Part shown: positions 23,961 to 35,910 of the stretch, in pieces
Numbering within the stretch: the first letter of the stretch is position 1
Layout: every line of letters starts with the position of its first letter
From: Felis catus
Lineage: Eukaryota
Length of the DNA stretch: 64,000 nucleotides
Assembly (NCBI RefSeq): GCF_018350175.1
Contig: NC_058368.1
Location: 89,840,001-89,904,000, forward strand
Direction of reading: 5' to 3'
Made by a program: the position numbers and the translations under genes
The notes under the pieces: model-generated
What the model was told of the DNA's origin: nothing
What the model saw: only the letters and a program-made list of their open reading frames with translations
The model's database searches: none

Positions 23961-23970
23961 GGGGAAAGCC

Positions 23971-24190
23971 AGGGCGCCTGGGTGGCGCAGCCGGTTAAGC
24001 GTCCGACTTCAGCCAGGTCACGATCTCGCGGTCCGTGATTTCGAGCCCCGCGTCAGGCTCTGGGCTGATGGCTCAGAGCCTGGAGCCTGTTTCCGATTCT
24101 GTGTCTCCCTCTCTCTCTGCCCCTCCCCCGTTCATGCTCTGTCTCTCTCTGTCCCAAAAATAAATAAACGTTGAAAAAAAAATTTTTAAA
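23971..24190 (+). mobile_element. Young Can-SINE (SINEC_Fc-like)
   Basis: CpG-intact body; TSD taaaatgggggaaag. Confidence 0.93.
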
Positions 24191-25261
24191 TAAAATGGGG
24201 GAAAGTAGAATGGAGGATTTTCAGTTTCAGCCACAACAAACAAGTATTACATTTATCTTCCTCTCCTAGACAACTATCACACTGTGGAAGAAATATGAAG
24301 TGACCTTCAAAAAAAGGGAAGCATGGGAAGTCCCACACCCATCCCAGCTTTCCTCCTGATAGCACCACAGATTGTTGCTGAAATAGGGGCATTGGTTTTA
24401 TTAGGTGGATGAAATGAGGATTTGAGTTTAGAGCTGCTACAGTAGCTGGAATCTGTGAGGTAGAATAACAGAGAGGAGGGACCTGGAAAGAGAAGACACA
24501 TAGAAATCTGTATGGTGGTCCCTTTGAGTCCTCAGCCAAACACTGAGCTGGCATCCTGAGGGTAAGTCTTTGTGAGGCCACTCTGAGAACAATGATTAGG
24601 AAACTGAGCTGAATTGAGATTCCTAAGATCATACAGTATTGGAAAGAATTGCAATTTCAAACAGCCAAAAGAAAAAGAACTTGCTGAATGTCAGGCAATC
24701 AGATGGAAAACCACAAAGGTAAATAAAACACAATGCTCTTTAAAGGAAAACTACATAATCTAGTCCCACAATAATGTAGCATAACAATGTCCAACATACT
24801 ATCAAAATTTACTAAGCATAAGAAGCCCATAAAAAGATGGGGAAAAGTCAATAGAAACCAACTCAAAGGTGACAAAGATTCTGGAATTAGTAGACTGAGT
24901 TTCAAATCAGCTATCACAAGAAATTCAAGGAAAAGATGGGGGTCCAGCCAGAAATGAAAACATGAAAAAAGGGAAAAATTAAAATTCTAGAACTAAAAAA
25001 ATGCAATACTTGAAGTTAAAAATTCACAGAATGGGCTTAATAGTAAAATGAACACTACAGAAAAAAGGATTAGTAAATTTGAAGGTAGGTCAATATAAAA
25101 CTACCCCAACTAAAGTACACAGAGAAAAACAAAAAGAATAGAGCTCTGGTGACCTGGGGGGAGGGGGTAATATCAAGCACTCTTAAGATATATGTAACTA
25201 GAGTTTTCAAAGAGTGATATTTGGGCAGAAAAAGTATTTGAAGGAATAATGGCCAAATTTT

Positions 25262-25650
25262 TTCTAATTTTTCCCAGTTTTATTGAGCTATAATATACAT
25301 ATAACATTATATTAGCTTCAGGTGTACTATCTGATGGTCACCACAGAAGTTTAGTTAATATCCATCACCCTACATAGTTACAACTTTTTCCTCATTATGA
25401 GAACTTTTAAGATTTACTCTCTTAGTAACTTTCAAATACACAATATAGTATTGTTAACATTAGTCACCAGGCTGTACATCACATCTCCAGGACTTATTTG
25501 TCTTTTAACTGGAAGTTCATATCTTTTGACCATTTTCACTCATTTTGCCTACCCTCTACCCTCCAGTTCTGGCAACTACCAATCTGTTCTTGGTGTCTGT
25601 AAGTTTGGGCTTTTTAATATTCCAAATGTAAATGGTATCATACATTTAAT
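25262..25650 (-). mobile_element. L1MA-type 3' end
   Basis: 'ttttattgagctataat...gagaacttttaagatttactctcttagtaactttcaaatacac'. Confidence 0.75.
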
Positions 25651-25676
25651 CTTTCATGTTTTTTAAAAACCAGTTT

Positions 25677-25900
25677 TTTTTTTTAAATTTTTTTTTTCAA
25701 CGTTTATTTATTTTTGGGACAGAGAGAGACAGAGCATGAACGAGGGAGGGGCAGAGAGAGAGGGAGACACAGAATCGGAAACAGGCTCCAGGCTCTGAGC
25801 CATCAGCCCAGAGCCTGACGTGGGGCTCGAACTCACGGACCGCGAGATCGTGACCTGGCTGAAGTCGGACGCTTAACCGACTGCGCCACCCAGGCGCCCC
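25677..25900 (-). mobile_element. Young Can-SINE (SINEC_Fc-like)
   Basis: Perfect TSD taaaaaccagtttttt; CpG-intact. Confidence 0.94.
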
Positions 25901-26198
25901 TAAAAACCAGTTTTTTAAAAAAACCTCACATTTTTTCCTTCTGTATATTCAACGACCATATATTTAAAACACATAGTTGGATCTTGCATTATTCAGTTTG
26001 ACCAGCCCTGCCTTTCATTGAAGTGTTTAGTTCATTTATATTCTGTTAATCATTGATATAATGAGTTTATTGTCAAGCATCTTTCTGTTTGCTTTCCATT
26101 TGTCCCATGTAGTCTTTGTTTCTTTTTTCTTCCTTTCCTACCTTCCTAGAGGCCAATTTAAAGTTCCATTTTATCTCTTCTATTGGATCCTTCCTTAA

Positions 26199-26408
26199 AT
26201 TTTTTTTTTCAACGTTTATTTTTGGGACAGAGAGAGACAGAGCATGAACGGGGGAGGGGTAGAGAGAGAGGGGGACACAGAATCGGAAACAAGCTCCAGG
26301 CTCTGAGCCATCAGCCCAGAGCCTGGTGCGGGGCTCGAACTCACGGACCGCGAGATCGTGACCTGGCTGAAGTCGGACGCTTAACCGACTGCGCCACCCA
26401 GGCGCCCC
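26199..26408 (-). mobile_element. Young Can-SINE (SINEC_Fc-like), no TSD seen
   Basis: Nearly identical to 25677-25900. Confidence 0.92.
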
Positions 26409-27353
26409 TGTGTGTCTTTATTTTAAACTTTTTGTTGCTTTCCGAGGATTACAATATTCAACTTCAATTTTTTACAAGCCACCTTGATTTATTATTATAC
26501 TTTTTATATATAATTTAAGAAACTTAAAATAGTATAGTCCCTTTTACTCTCTTATATACTTTATACTATTGTTATTATGTTAATATATGTTGTAAACTCC
26601 ACATTTCATGGTTTTCCTTATTTTCTTGAAACTGTCAGTTGTCATAAAAAAATAAAGAAACTAGGAAGAAGCTGGAGTGTCTAGACAAAGTAAATTTCAG
26701 GATAAGGGCTATTACCATAGATAGAGACATTTCATGATGATAAAAGGTTCAGTTCATCAGGAAGATATAATACTTATAAGTGTGTACACTCAACAGGAGA
26801 ACTTTTAACATTCAGGAAGCAAAAACTGACTAATCTAATGGAGAATTAGACAAATCATCAATTATAGGTGGGAATTTTTACACTGTCCCTCAGTAATTGA
26901 TATAAGCCAAAGTAGACCCCCCCAAAAAATCAGTAAGAAATGAATAGTTTTAACATTACTATCATCCAATTTAATCTGATATATGTAAAACAGTACACTC
27001 AACAACCTTGGAATATAAACTTTTTTCAAGTGTACATGTAGCATTCATCAAACTAGACCACTTTTTGGTCAAGAAAACAAATCGTACTAAATGCAAAATG
27101 ATTGAAATCGTGCAGCACATGTTCTCTGACCACAGTGGAACTAAATTAGAAATCAAAGACGAAAAACAATCTGGATAATTCCTAAATATGTTAAATTGAT
27201 CAGAACACTTTAAAATAATGAATGGGTCAAAGAAAGAATGCTGTGGAAAATTAGAACGTATTTAAACTGAAAGCTAGGGAAAAAACAAAAAACAAAATAG
27301 CAATATTTGTGAAATGCAGCTAATGTAGAGCTTAGAGAGAAATTTATAGCTTT

Positions 27354-27837
27354 CATAGGGATTCAGGACAGATCCCCTTCCTCCCAAATGTGCCACTTTG
27401 GCGTGTGTATTATTTTGAACTAAAGGCACGTGAGATCCTTCAGGCTTAAGAGAAACTTTTATCCTTCCTTAATCACACAGAAGAATCTAAATTGGAGGTC
27501 TTTCTCAGAATAAAGGTTATTAACAGAGAGAAGTTTTATCTGAATGACCCACCTGTATGGCAGGGCAAACATCTAATTATCAAACCCCTGATCTTCTTAT
27601 CATCCTGTGAAGTGTATTCCTTTCTTCTGAAGTCCCAGACCCCTACTCTCTTCTTAGTTCAGAATGATATATATATACCTCATTCTGACTGACTGTTTTG
27701 GAATTTCCATGTCTATATGGATTCCCCATTCATATGCTTATTAAATTTGTTTTTCTCCTGTTAGTCTATCTCGTAACAATTTGTTTCTTAGTCCAGCCAG
27801 AAGGACCTTTGAGGGGACAAGAATGTTTGGTCCCCAG
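27354..27837 (+). mobile_element. ERV1-class solo LTR (MER34-like)
   Basis: 'cccaaatgtgccactttggcgtgtgtattattttgaactaaaggca' resembles the MER34 5' end; attaaa polyA signal at ~27740. Confidence 0.7.
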
Positions 27838-27864
27838 TGCTTTATTTTTTTTCAATATCCAGTT

Positions 27865-28166
27865 CTTTTTTTTTTTTAATATAATTTATTGTCAAGTTAG
27901 CTAACATACAGTGTATAGTGTGCCCTTGGCTTTGGGAGTAGATTCCCATGATTCATCACTTACATACAACACCCAGTGCTCATCCCAACAAGTGCCCTCC
28001 TCAATGCCCATCACCTATTTCCCCCTCTCTCCCGCCCCCCCATCAACCCTCAGTTTGTTCTCTGTATTTAAGAGTCTCTTATGGTGTGCCTCCCTCTATG
28101 TTTGAAACTATTTTCCCCCTTCCCTTCCCAATGGTCTTCTGTTAAGTTTCTCAAATTCCACATATG
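27865..28166 (-). mobile_element. Carnivore L1 3' end
   Basis: 'atttattgtcaagttagctaac...acacccagtgctcatcccaacaagtgccctcc'. Confidence 0.88.
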
Positions 28167-28379
28167 CTCCCCAATACTTTAGATGTTTATATTGTACAAG
28201 AGTGAAAATTTAAAGTCAACTTTGTTCAGTTTCTGCCTGCAAATTTAGGGAAAAAGAGCAATAAATTAGAAGGAAAAGGAACTCATCACTTGCCTAGAAG
28301 CAAATAAAACAGCAAACATATAAACAATAGAGGAAATACACAAATCAGAAGATGGTCTTTTGACAGAGGAGTCAGCTTG

Positions 28380-28835
28380 AAGGGGTCCCAATGGCCAAAT
28401 GTGGGAACATTTGAGGAACAAAATAAATAATGGGTTATAACCCACATGATAAAATCAATATCCATCAATCTGATATAAACAAGTATTTAAATATATAATT
28501 AAATAAGGGAGAAGGGGAAGCCCTTTCTTATAACAGCATTCTAATTCATCAATGTAGAAGTAATGATGGAAATAGAAAATCACTACTTGGCAAGCACCAC
28601 CGTAAAAATTGTTGCCAGCAAGGAACCATGCCAGCAGCTAAACATTAGTAATCTAGAAGTCTCCCCCAACAGGGTGCCTATTAATTACAAGGGTGAAAAT
28701 AGTAACTTTATTGTGGAGGAAAATGGCATTCACCACCTTAAGCAAGTGACCAAGACTGATGTTAGCAGTGATGAGACACATCAACAGCATGTACCTCCTG
28801 GTAGGATGCACTGGGGGGAAGGACTCGGCAACTAT
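28380..28835 (+). mobile_element. L1MC/MD-type 3' UTR fragment
   Basis: 'ttaattacaagggtgaaaatagtaacttt...caccaccttaagcaagtgacc'. Confidence 0.7.
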
Positions 28836-28849
28836 TCATGCATGCAGCT

Positions 28850-29063
28850 TCTTCTTCTTCTTTTTAACATTTTTTAATTTGTTTTTGAGAGACAGAGCAT
28901 GAGCGGGAGAGGGGCAGAGAGAGAGAGGGATACACAGAATCTGAAGCAGGCTCCAGGCTCTGAGCTGTCAGCACAGAGCCCGACGCAGGGCTTGAACTCA
29001 TGAACCATGAGAACATGACCTGAGCCGAAGTTGGACGCTTAGTCAACTGAGCCACCCAGGCGC
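28850..29063 (-). mobile_element. Can-SINE
   Basis: TSD atgcagcttctt. Confidence 0.9.
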
Positions 29064-29142
29064 GCATTGTGTATGCAGCTTCTTGTCCACCCCACACTCA
29101 CATGGAAGTATTTATGGTTGCCACAGACTACATCAAGGTGAC

Positions 29143-30004
29143 TGTGTATTTGTCAGGATCTGATCAGAGAAGCAGAACGTGCAGGTGATTATAGGGATTT
29201 GTTAGAGGAGTTGGACCTCACGCAGCATGGGAGCTGGTTGAACAACGGGTCAACTCTTGCTTCTGTGTCTGGTGCTAGAACCTGAAGTCAGCAGACCAGG
29301 CAATCAGAAGAGATTTGAATGTGAAGAGGGGGAAATAAGGACAAGCTAAGACCTGTAAGCATGGATCAGAGCCTATGAGAATGGACTGGAACCCATGTCG
29401 ATCTATCTCTGTCTTGAAGCCTCCAGCTTAGATGAGGAAAGTGACCTCCTGGCACCCTTCATCATGGAGCTATACATGTACCTGGCCCAGAGCCTGAGAA
29501 GCCAAAGGAGATTCTGGCAGGAGCTAGAAGAGCTGTGTGCTCGGAACAGCTGCCTATACCAACCAAGTGAGCCAGCAGATAAGCATGCTGTGAGGGCCAC
29601 AACAGGGCATTGCATCAAAGAATATGGTTGCTGGGACGCCTGGATGGCTCAGTTGGTTAAGCATCTGACTTCAGCTCAGGTCATGATCTCATAGTCTGTG
29701 AGTTCAAGCCCTTCATCGGGCTCTGTGCTGACAGCTCAGAACCTGAAATCTGCTTCAGATTCTGTATCTCCTCTCTCTGCTCTCCCCTGCCCCCTCCCAT
29801 GCTCTGTCTCTCTCTGTTTCTGAAAAATGAATAAACCTTAAAAACTTAAAAAATAAAAAAGAATATGGCTGCTGTTTCACTTCCACTTCCATGATCTCTG
29901 GTGAAATGTCTCTGTAGCCCATGCGGACCTGGAACTTCACGGGGATGGGAATTCTGGGAAACAATTCTAGCTCAGCTAACTTGATGGGATGCAAATCCAC
30001 CACA
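29143..30004 (-). mobile_element. ERVL solo LTR (MLT2F-like) interrupted by a SINE
   Basis: Minus strand starts tgtggtggatttgca...tttcccagaattccc...ggaagtgaaacagcagccat. Confidence 0.7.
29633..29860 (+). mobile_element. Can-SINE
   Basis: TSD aaagaatatggttgctg / aaagaatatggctgctg. Confidence 0.9.
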
Positions 30005-30303
30005 CTTCAACACAGAGAAGCCACCACCTTGGTTTTCCTCCAGGCACTTGTGGTCCTGTACCCCCCCCCCCCCCCACCATGCCAATTCACAGCTCTCTGG
30101 GTCCAGGCACAGTCACACAGACTGGGGGGGGGGGGGGAAGTTCACTGTAAACAGGGTTCATCAACAATTGTTCATGAATGGCATTTCACTTGTATCTTGA
30201 CTCCACATCTTCCAAGGAAACACTGCTCTAAGGAAGGAAACTCCAGGTCATTTTTCCAGTCAGGCTTACTTCTGTGAAGAAAGGGTCCAGGCCTGCTGTT
30301 ACC

Positions 30304-30765
30304 TTTTCTTTTCTTTCTCTCTTTTTTTAAAAAAAAAATTTAATATTTACTTATTTTTGAGAGAGAGGGAGAGAGTCGGAGCATGAGTGGGCGAGGGGCA
30401 GAGAGACAGGGAGACAGAATTCGAAGCAGGCTTCAGGCTCTGAGCTGTCAGCACAGAACCTGACACCGGGCTTGAACTCACGAACAGCTAGATCATGACC
30501 TGAGCAGAAGTCGGATGCTTAACCAACTGAGCCACCCAGGTGCCCCATCTTTTGTTTTTAAGTTTATTTATTTCGAGAGAGAGAGCGAGAGAGAGAGCAT
30601 GCGTGCATTTGTGGGAGTGGCAGAGAGAGAGGGAGAGAGAGAATCCCAAGCAGGCTCTGCACTGTCAGCACAGAACCCAATGGCTGGACCCATAATCTCT
30701 TGAGATTATGACCTGAGCCAAAATCAAGAGTAGTAGGTTTAACCGATTGAGCCACTCCAGCGCCA
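30304..30765 (-). mobile_element. Two tandem Can-SINEs (30304-30546, 30550-30765)
   Basis: Outer TSD cctgctgtta. Confidence 0.88.
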
Positions 30766-31055
30766 CCTGCTGTTATTTTTTCTCATGAAAGTGTTCCCTC
30801 TTTTTGTATTCTCTGGAAGAGTGAGATGGTTGCAATGTCTTCCTTAAATGGGACAATTCACCAGCAAAACCACCCGGCCTAGAGTGTTTTGTAGAAAGGT
30901 CTTAAATTATGAGTGAAATTTCTTTAATATTTAAAGTCTTCTCTAGATCTTCCTTTTTCTATTTTGCTGGGTTGTATGTGTGTTTTTCCAGGAATCTATT
31001 TTGTCTTCATTTTTCAAATTTATTGTCATGAACTTTTATATAACATCTTATGACA

Positions 31056-31545
31056 TTTTTAAATTTTTCTTGATGTTTATTTACTTTTAAGAGAGAGAGA
31101 GACAGAGAGAGACAGAGTGCCAGGGGGTGGGGGATGAGCAGGGAGAGAGAGGGAGACACAGAATACAAAGCAGGCTCCAGGCTCCGGGCTGTCAGCACAG
31201 AGCCCAATGTGGGGTTCGAACTCACGAATCATGAAATCATGACCTGAGCCAAAGCCGGACGCTTAATCGACTGAGCCACCCAGGCGCCCCACATCTTATG
31301 ATATTTTTAATGTCTAAAGAATATGAGGGGTGCCTGGGTGGCACAGAGAGTTAAACATCCGACTTCGGCTCAGGGCATGATCACGCGGTCCGTGAGTTCG
31401 AGCCCCGCGTCGGGCTCTGTGCTGACAGCTCGGAGCCTGGATCCTGTTTCAGATTCTGTGTCTCCCTCTCTCTCTCTCTGCCCCTCCCCTGTTCATGCTC
31501 TGTCTCTGTCTCAAAAATAAGTCAACGTTAAAAAAAAATTTTTTA
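31056..31545. mobile_element. Head-to-head Can-SINEs (- 31056-31290, + 31327-31545)
   Basis: TSDs acatcttatga and taaagaatatgag. Confidence 0.9.
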
Positions 31546-31862
31546 AAGAATATGAGATCCTGCTATTTGTGACAATGTGGATGAATTGGAGGACATTATG
31601 CTAAGTGAAATAAGCCAGACGCAGAAAGAAAAATACAGCAGGATCTCACTGATATGTGGAATCTAAAAAAGTTGAATACATGGAAGCAGCAAGTAGAATG
31701 GTGGTTACCAGAGACAAGGAAATGGGGGAAAATGAGAAGATATTAGTTAAAAGGTACAAAGTTATGTATGATGAATGAGTCTAGAGATCTAATGTACAGC
31801 ATGGTGATTATAGTTAACAATATTGCCAAGAATAGATTTCAGGTACTCTCACCACACACACA

Positions 31863-31899
<37 letters not shown>

Positions 31900-32020
31900 G
31901 TAGCCATGTAAGGAGATGCATATATTAATGAGCTTGACTGTAATAATCATTTCACTATATACATGTATATAAAAATGTCATATTGTTTACCTTAAGCATA
32001 CACAATTTGTATTTCAAAAT
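31546..32020 (+). mobile_element. L1MA-type 3' end with (CA)n at ~31853-31896
   Basis: 'ggacattatgctaagtgaaataagccagac...agtagaatggtggttaccag'. Confidence 0.8.
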
Positions 32021-32409
32021 AAGAATATGTAGTGACATTCTCTTTTTTGTTGCTGGTTATTTGTGTCTCTTCCCTTTTTTTCCTTAATTTCATTGGAGGT
32101 TTATCAATGCCATAGTCTTCAAATAGCTCTATTTTCGAGTTTGCAAATTCTCACTATGTGTATGTTTCTTTTACGTTCACTCATTTTTGCTCTTATCAGT
32201 ATAATTTCCTTCCTTCTATTTTATTCGCGTTTAATTTGCTAATCTTTGCATTTTTAAAAGCGTAGTTATTTTACATGTAGTGAGATGTCTGTTTGGAGAA
32301 GAGGTCCATTGTGTGTGTTCAATCCACCATCTTTAACTAAAAACTCAGAATTGTTTATATACAAAACTGGGAAATACCTAATTACTCAGCCTTAGGCCTA
32401 ACTCAAGGT

Positions 32410-33350
32410 CACAAACATTACTTCTAGAAGGTTTATAGTTTTGCATTTTACACTTATGTCTCTGATGCATTTTTTGTTAATTTATGTGTAAGTTGTAAGG
32501 TATATGTTGAGGTTTTTGCTTTCCCATATGTACGTCCAATTTTTCCAGCAACATTTATTTTTTTCTTTAATGTTTATTTATTTATTTTTGAGAGAGGGAG
32601 GGAGGGAGGGAGAGAGAGAGAGAGAGAAAAAGACAGAGACGGAGGGGAGGGGCAGACAGAGAATCTGAGGCAAGCTCCATGCTATCAGCACGCTGATGAA
32701 CTGTGATATCATGACTTGAGCCAAAATCAAGAATTGGATGCTTAACCAGCTGAGACACCCAGGTGCCCCTCCAGCAACATTGTTAAAAGAATTATCCACT
32801 TTTCACTGAATTGTTTTCACATACTTGTCAAAAATTAGTTCTTCATATATGTAAGTCTAATTTCTCAACTATTTTGTTCCATTAATCTATTTCTCTATTA
32901 TGTGAATATCACATAATTTTGATCATACAGCTTCATAAAAAGTATTAAAATTAGGTAGTGTTAGTCTTCTAATTTTGTTTCTTTTTTTTTCAAAGTTATT
33001 TTGGCTATTCCTGGTATGTGAATTTTAGAAACAGCTTCTCAATTTCTACAAAAAGCCTGTTGGAATTTAATTGGGATTGTACTGAATCTATAGTTTAACT
33101 TGAGGAGAATTACTATGTTAATTAGCAATAATTCATTGCTAATACACACAAATAAAATTGACTTTTGTACTTTGATCTTGTATCCCGAAATCTTGTTAAA
33201 TTCATTTATTAGTTCCAGTAGCTTTTGGTCGACTCCACTAGATTTTTACATAGACCATCATGTGGTCTATGAATAAAGAGTTTTATTTCTTTTCCAATCT
33301 GGGTTGATTTCATTTCTTTTTTCTTGCCGCATTGAGCTGGCTAGAAGTTC
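32410..33350 (-). mobile_element. Old L1 ORF2 fragment with a Can-SINE (32556-32768)
   Basis: Antisense ORF2 text ('ttggctattcctgg...gaattttagaa'); SINE TSD tccagcaacatt. Confidence 0.75.
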
Positions 33351-33966
33351 CACAAAAAAACCCTGAAATTTTAAAACTAGAATTTTTAATGGCAACAAAA
33401 ATATGAAATGTGAATAAATAAAACAAAAGGTGTGTCCCAAAACAGAAGCAACCCTCAAACACCTGAAGAGTATTTTGATCCTTTTTTCCTGTTTTTTTTT
33501 TTTCTCTGTGTCTCTCTCTCTCATGGCTCCAGGTATGTCAAGAAATCCTTATCAAACTTTCACTGATGACTAAGCTAAAGGAACAGATGCTTAGGGGCCA
33601 CACATACCAAAGTATAGTCTTTATAAAAGTGGTCTTTAAAAGTCACTAAACTGGGGTGCTTGGGTGGCTCAGTCGGTTAAGCATCTGACTCTTGATTTTG
33701 GCTCAGGTCATGATCTCATGGTCATGAGGTAGAGCCGCCACCCCTCACCCAGGCTCTGTGCTGGGTGAGGAGACTGCTTAAGATTCTCTCTTTCCCCCTC
33801 CCACTTAGACATGCTCTCTGTCTCTCTTTCTCTCTCCCCCCAAAATAAAATAAAATAAAATAAAATAATAAAAGTCACTAAGCAAACAATTGCAACTCAC
33901 AGTAAGCAATAACAAACACTGAGATGACAGAATCTGATTTCCAGGTTACAACAGCATAATATTTTA

Positions 33967-34969
33967 TTTTATTTTATTTTATTTTATTTTATTTTATTTT
34001 ATTTTATAAATATTTTATCTTTTAAAATTTAATTTATTTTTTTGAGTTACATCCAAGTTAGTTAGCATATAGTGCAACAATGATTTCAGAAGTAGATTTC
34101 TTAATGCCCCTTACCCATTTAGCCCATCCCTCCTCCCAAAACCCCTCCTGTAAACTTCAGTTTGTTCTCCATATTTATGAGTCTCTTCTGTTTTGCCCCC
34201 TTCCTGTTTTTATATTATTTTTGTTTCTCTTCCCTTATGTTCATCTGTTTTGTCTCTTAAAGTCCTCATATGAGTAAAGTCATATGATTTTTGTCTTTCT
34301 CTAACTGACTAATTTCACTTAGCATAATACCCTCCAGTTCCTTCCATGTAGTTGCAAATGGCAAGATTTCATTCTTTTTGATTGCCGAGTAATACTCCTG
34401 TGTGTGTGTGTGTGTGTGTGTGTACCACATCTTCTTTATCCATTCATCCATAGGTGGACATTTGGGCTCTTTCCATACTTTGGCTATTGTCAACAGTGCT
34501 GCTAGAAACATTGGGGTGCATATGTCCCTTTGAAACAGCACACCTGTATCCCTTGGATAAATACCTAATAGTGCAATTTCTGGATTGTAGGGTAGTTCTA
34601 TTTTTAGTTCTTTGAGGAACCTCCATACTGTTTTCCAGAGTGGCTGCACCAGCCTGCATTCCCACCAAAAATGCAAAAGAGATCCCCTTTCTCCGCATCC
34701 TCGCCAACATCTGTTGTTGCCTGAGTTAATGTTAGCCATTCTGACAGGTGTGAGGTGGTATCTCATTGTGGTTTTGATTTGTGTTTCCCTGATGATGAAT
34801 GATGTTGAGCATTTTTTCATGTGTCGGTTGGCCATCTGGATGTCTTCTTTGGAGAAGTGTCTATTCATGTCTTTTGCCCATTTCTTCACTGGATTATTTG
34901 TTTTTTCGGTGTTGAGTTTGATAAATTCTTTATAGATTTTGGATACTAACCCTTTATCTGATATGTCAT
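33967..34969 (-). mobile_element. 5'-truncated felid/carnivore L1
   Basis: ORF 34266..35009 is the ORF2 C-terminus; 21-bp TSD ttacaacagcataatatttta at 33946 and 34970; (ATTTT)n tail. Confidence 0.95.
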
Positions 34970-35267
34970 TTACAACAGCATAATATTTTAAATGCCCACG
35001 GTTTAACAAGTGAAAAAATATTAGGCATGCAATGAAACAAAAAAATATGACCTATTTACAAGAAAAAAAATAATAGAAAGTGTCCTAGACATTGGAATTA
35101 CCAGACAAAAACTTTAACTTAACTTTCTTAACTATACTCAAAGGAAAAAAAAGTGAACCATGAACAAAGGATTAAAGGAAACCAGAAGAAGGATATCTCA
35201 ACAAATAGAGAATACCAATAAAGAAATAGAAACTGTAAAGAGGAGCCAAATGGAAAATTTGAAGATC

Positions 35268-35910
35268 ACTATAGGCTGAATGTTTGTGCCCCGTCGCCCA
35301 ATACATACTCTGAAATCAAATCTCCAAAATGATGATATTTAGAAGGTGGGCCTTTAAGGAAACTGTTTGGAGGAGGAGGGCCTTCATGAAAGAGATTAGT
35401 GTCTTTACAAAAAGAAACCTCAGAGAATTTGCTTGCCCCTTCCGCTCTATAGTTTGATAAGGTTATATAACCTTACATATAACCATATGTAAGGTTACAG
35501 TGAAAAGATGATGGTCTATGAACCAGAAAGTTGGGCTCTCAATGTACCTGGGTAACTCAGTCAGTTAAGCATCTGACTTTGGCTCAGGTCATGGTTCGTG
35601 GGTTTGAGCCCTGAATCAGGCCTCTGTGTTAGGTTCAGAGTCTGCAGCCTGCTTTGGATTCTGTGTCTCCATCTTTCTCTCTGCCCCTCCCCCATTCATG
35701 CTCTGTCTCTCTATTTCTCTCTCTCAAAAATGAATAAACATTAAAAAAAATTTTTTTAAAAAGAAAGTTGGGTTTTCACCAGACACCAAATCTGTCAACA
35801 CCTTGATCTCAAACTTGTAGGTTCTATAAATTGTGAGAAACAAATTTCTCTTGTTTATAAGCCACCCAGCCTGTGGTATTCTGTCACTGAGGCCCTAATG
35901 CACTAGGAAA
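35268..35910 (+). mobile_element. MaLR solo LTR (MLT1A/MST-like) with a SINE (35541-35760)
   Basis: 'ctataggctgaatgtttgtgccc...tgtgagaaacaaatttctcttgtttataagccacccagcctgtggtatt'. Confidence 0.85.

Larger units (their letters stand above)
24240..27350 (+). mobile_element. Old L1 (5'/ORF1 and ORF2 endonuclease) with an internally inverted segment at ~25930-26640
   Basis: ORF1-like text at ~24860-25260; EN-domain text at 26650-27350 ('gttctctgaccacagtggaactaaattagaaatcaa'); ORF2 start on the minus strand at ~25975-26070. Confidence 0.7.

Noticed and set aside
34266..35009. 247-aa ORF as a gene
   Set aside because: C-terminal fragment of L1 ORF2 in a 5'-truncated copy.
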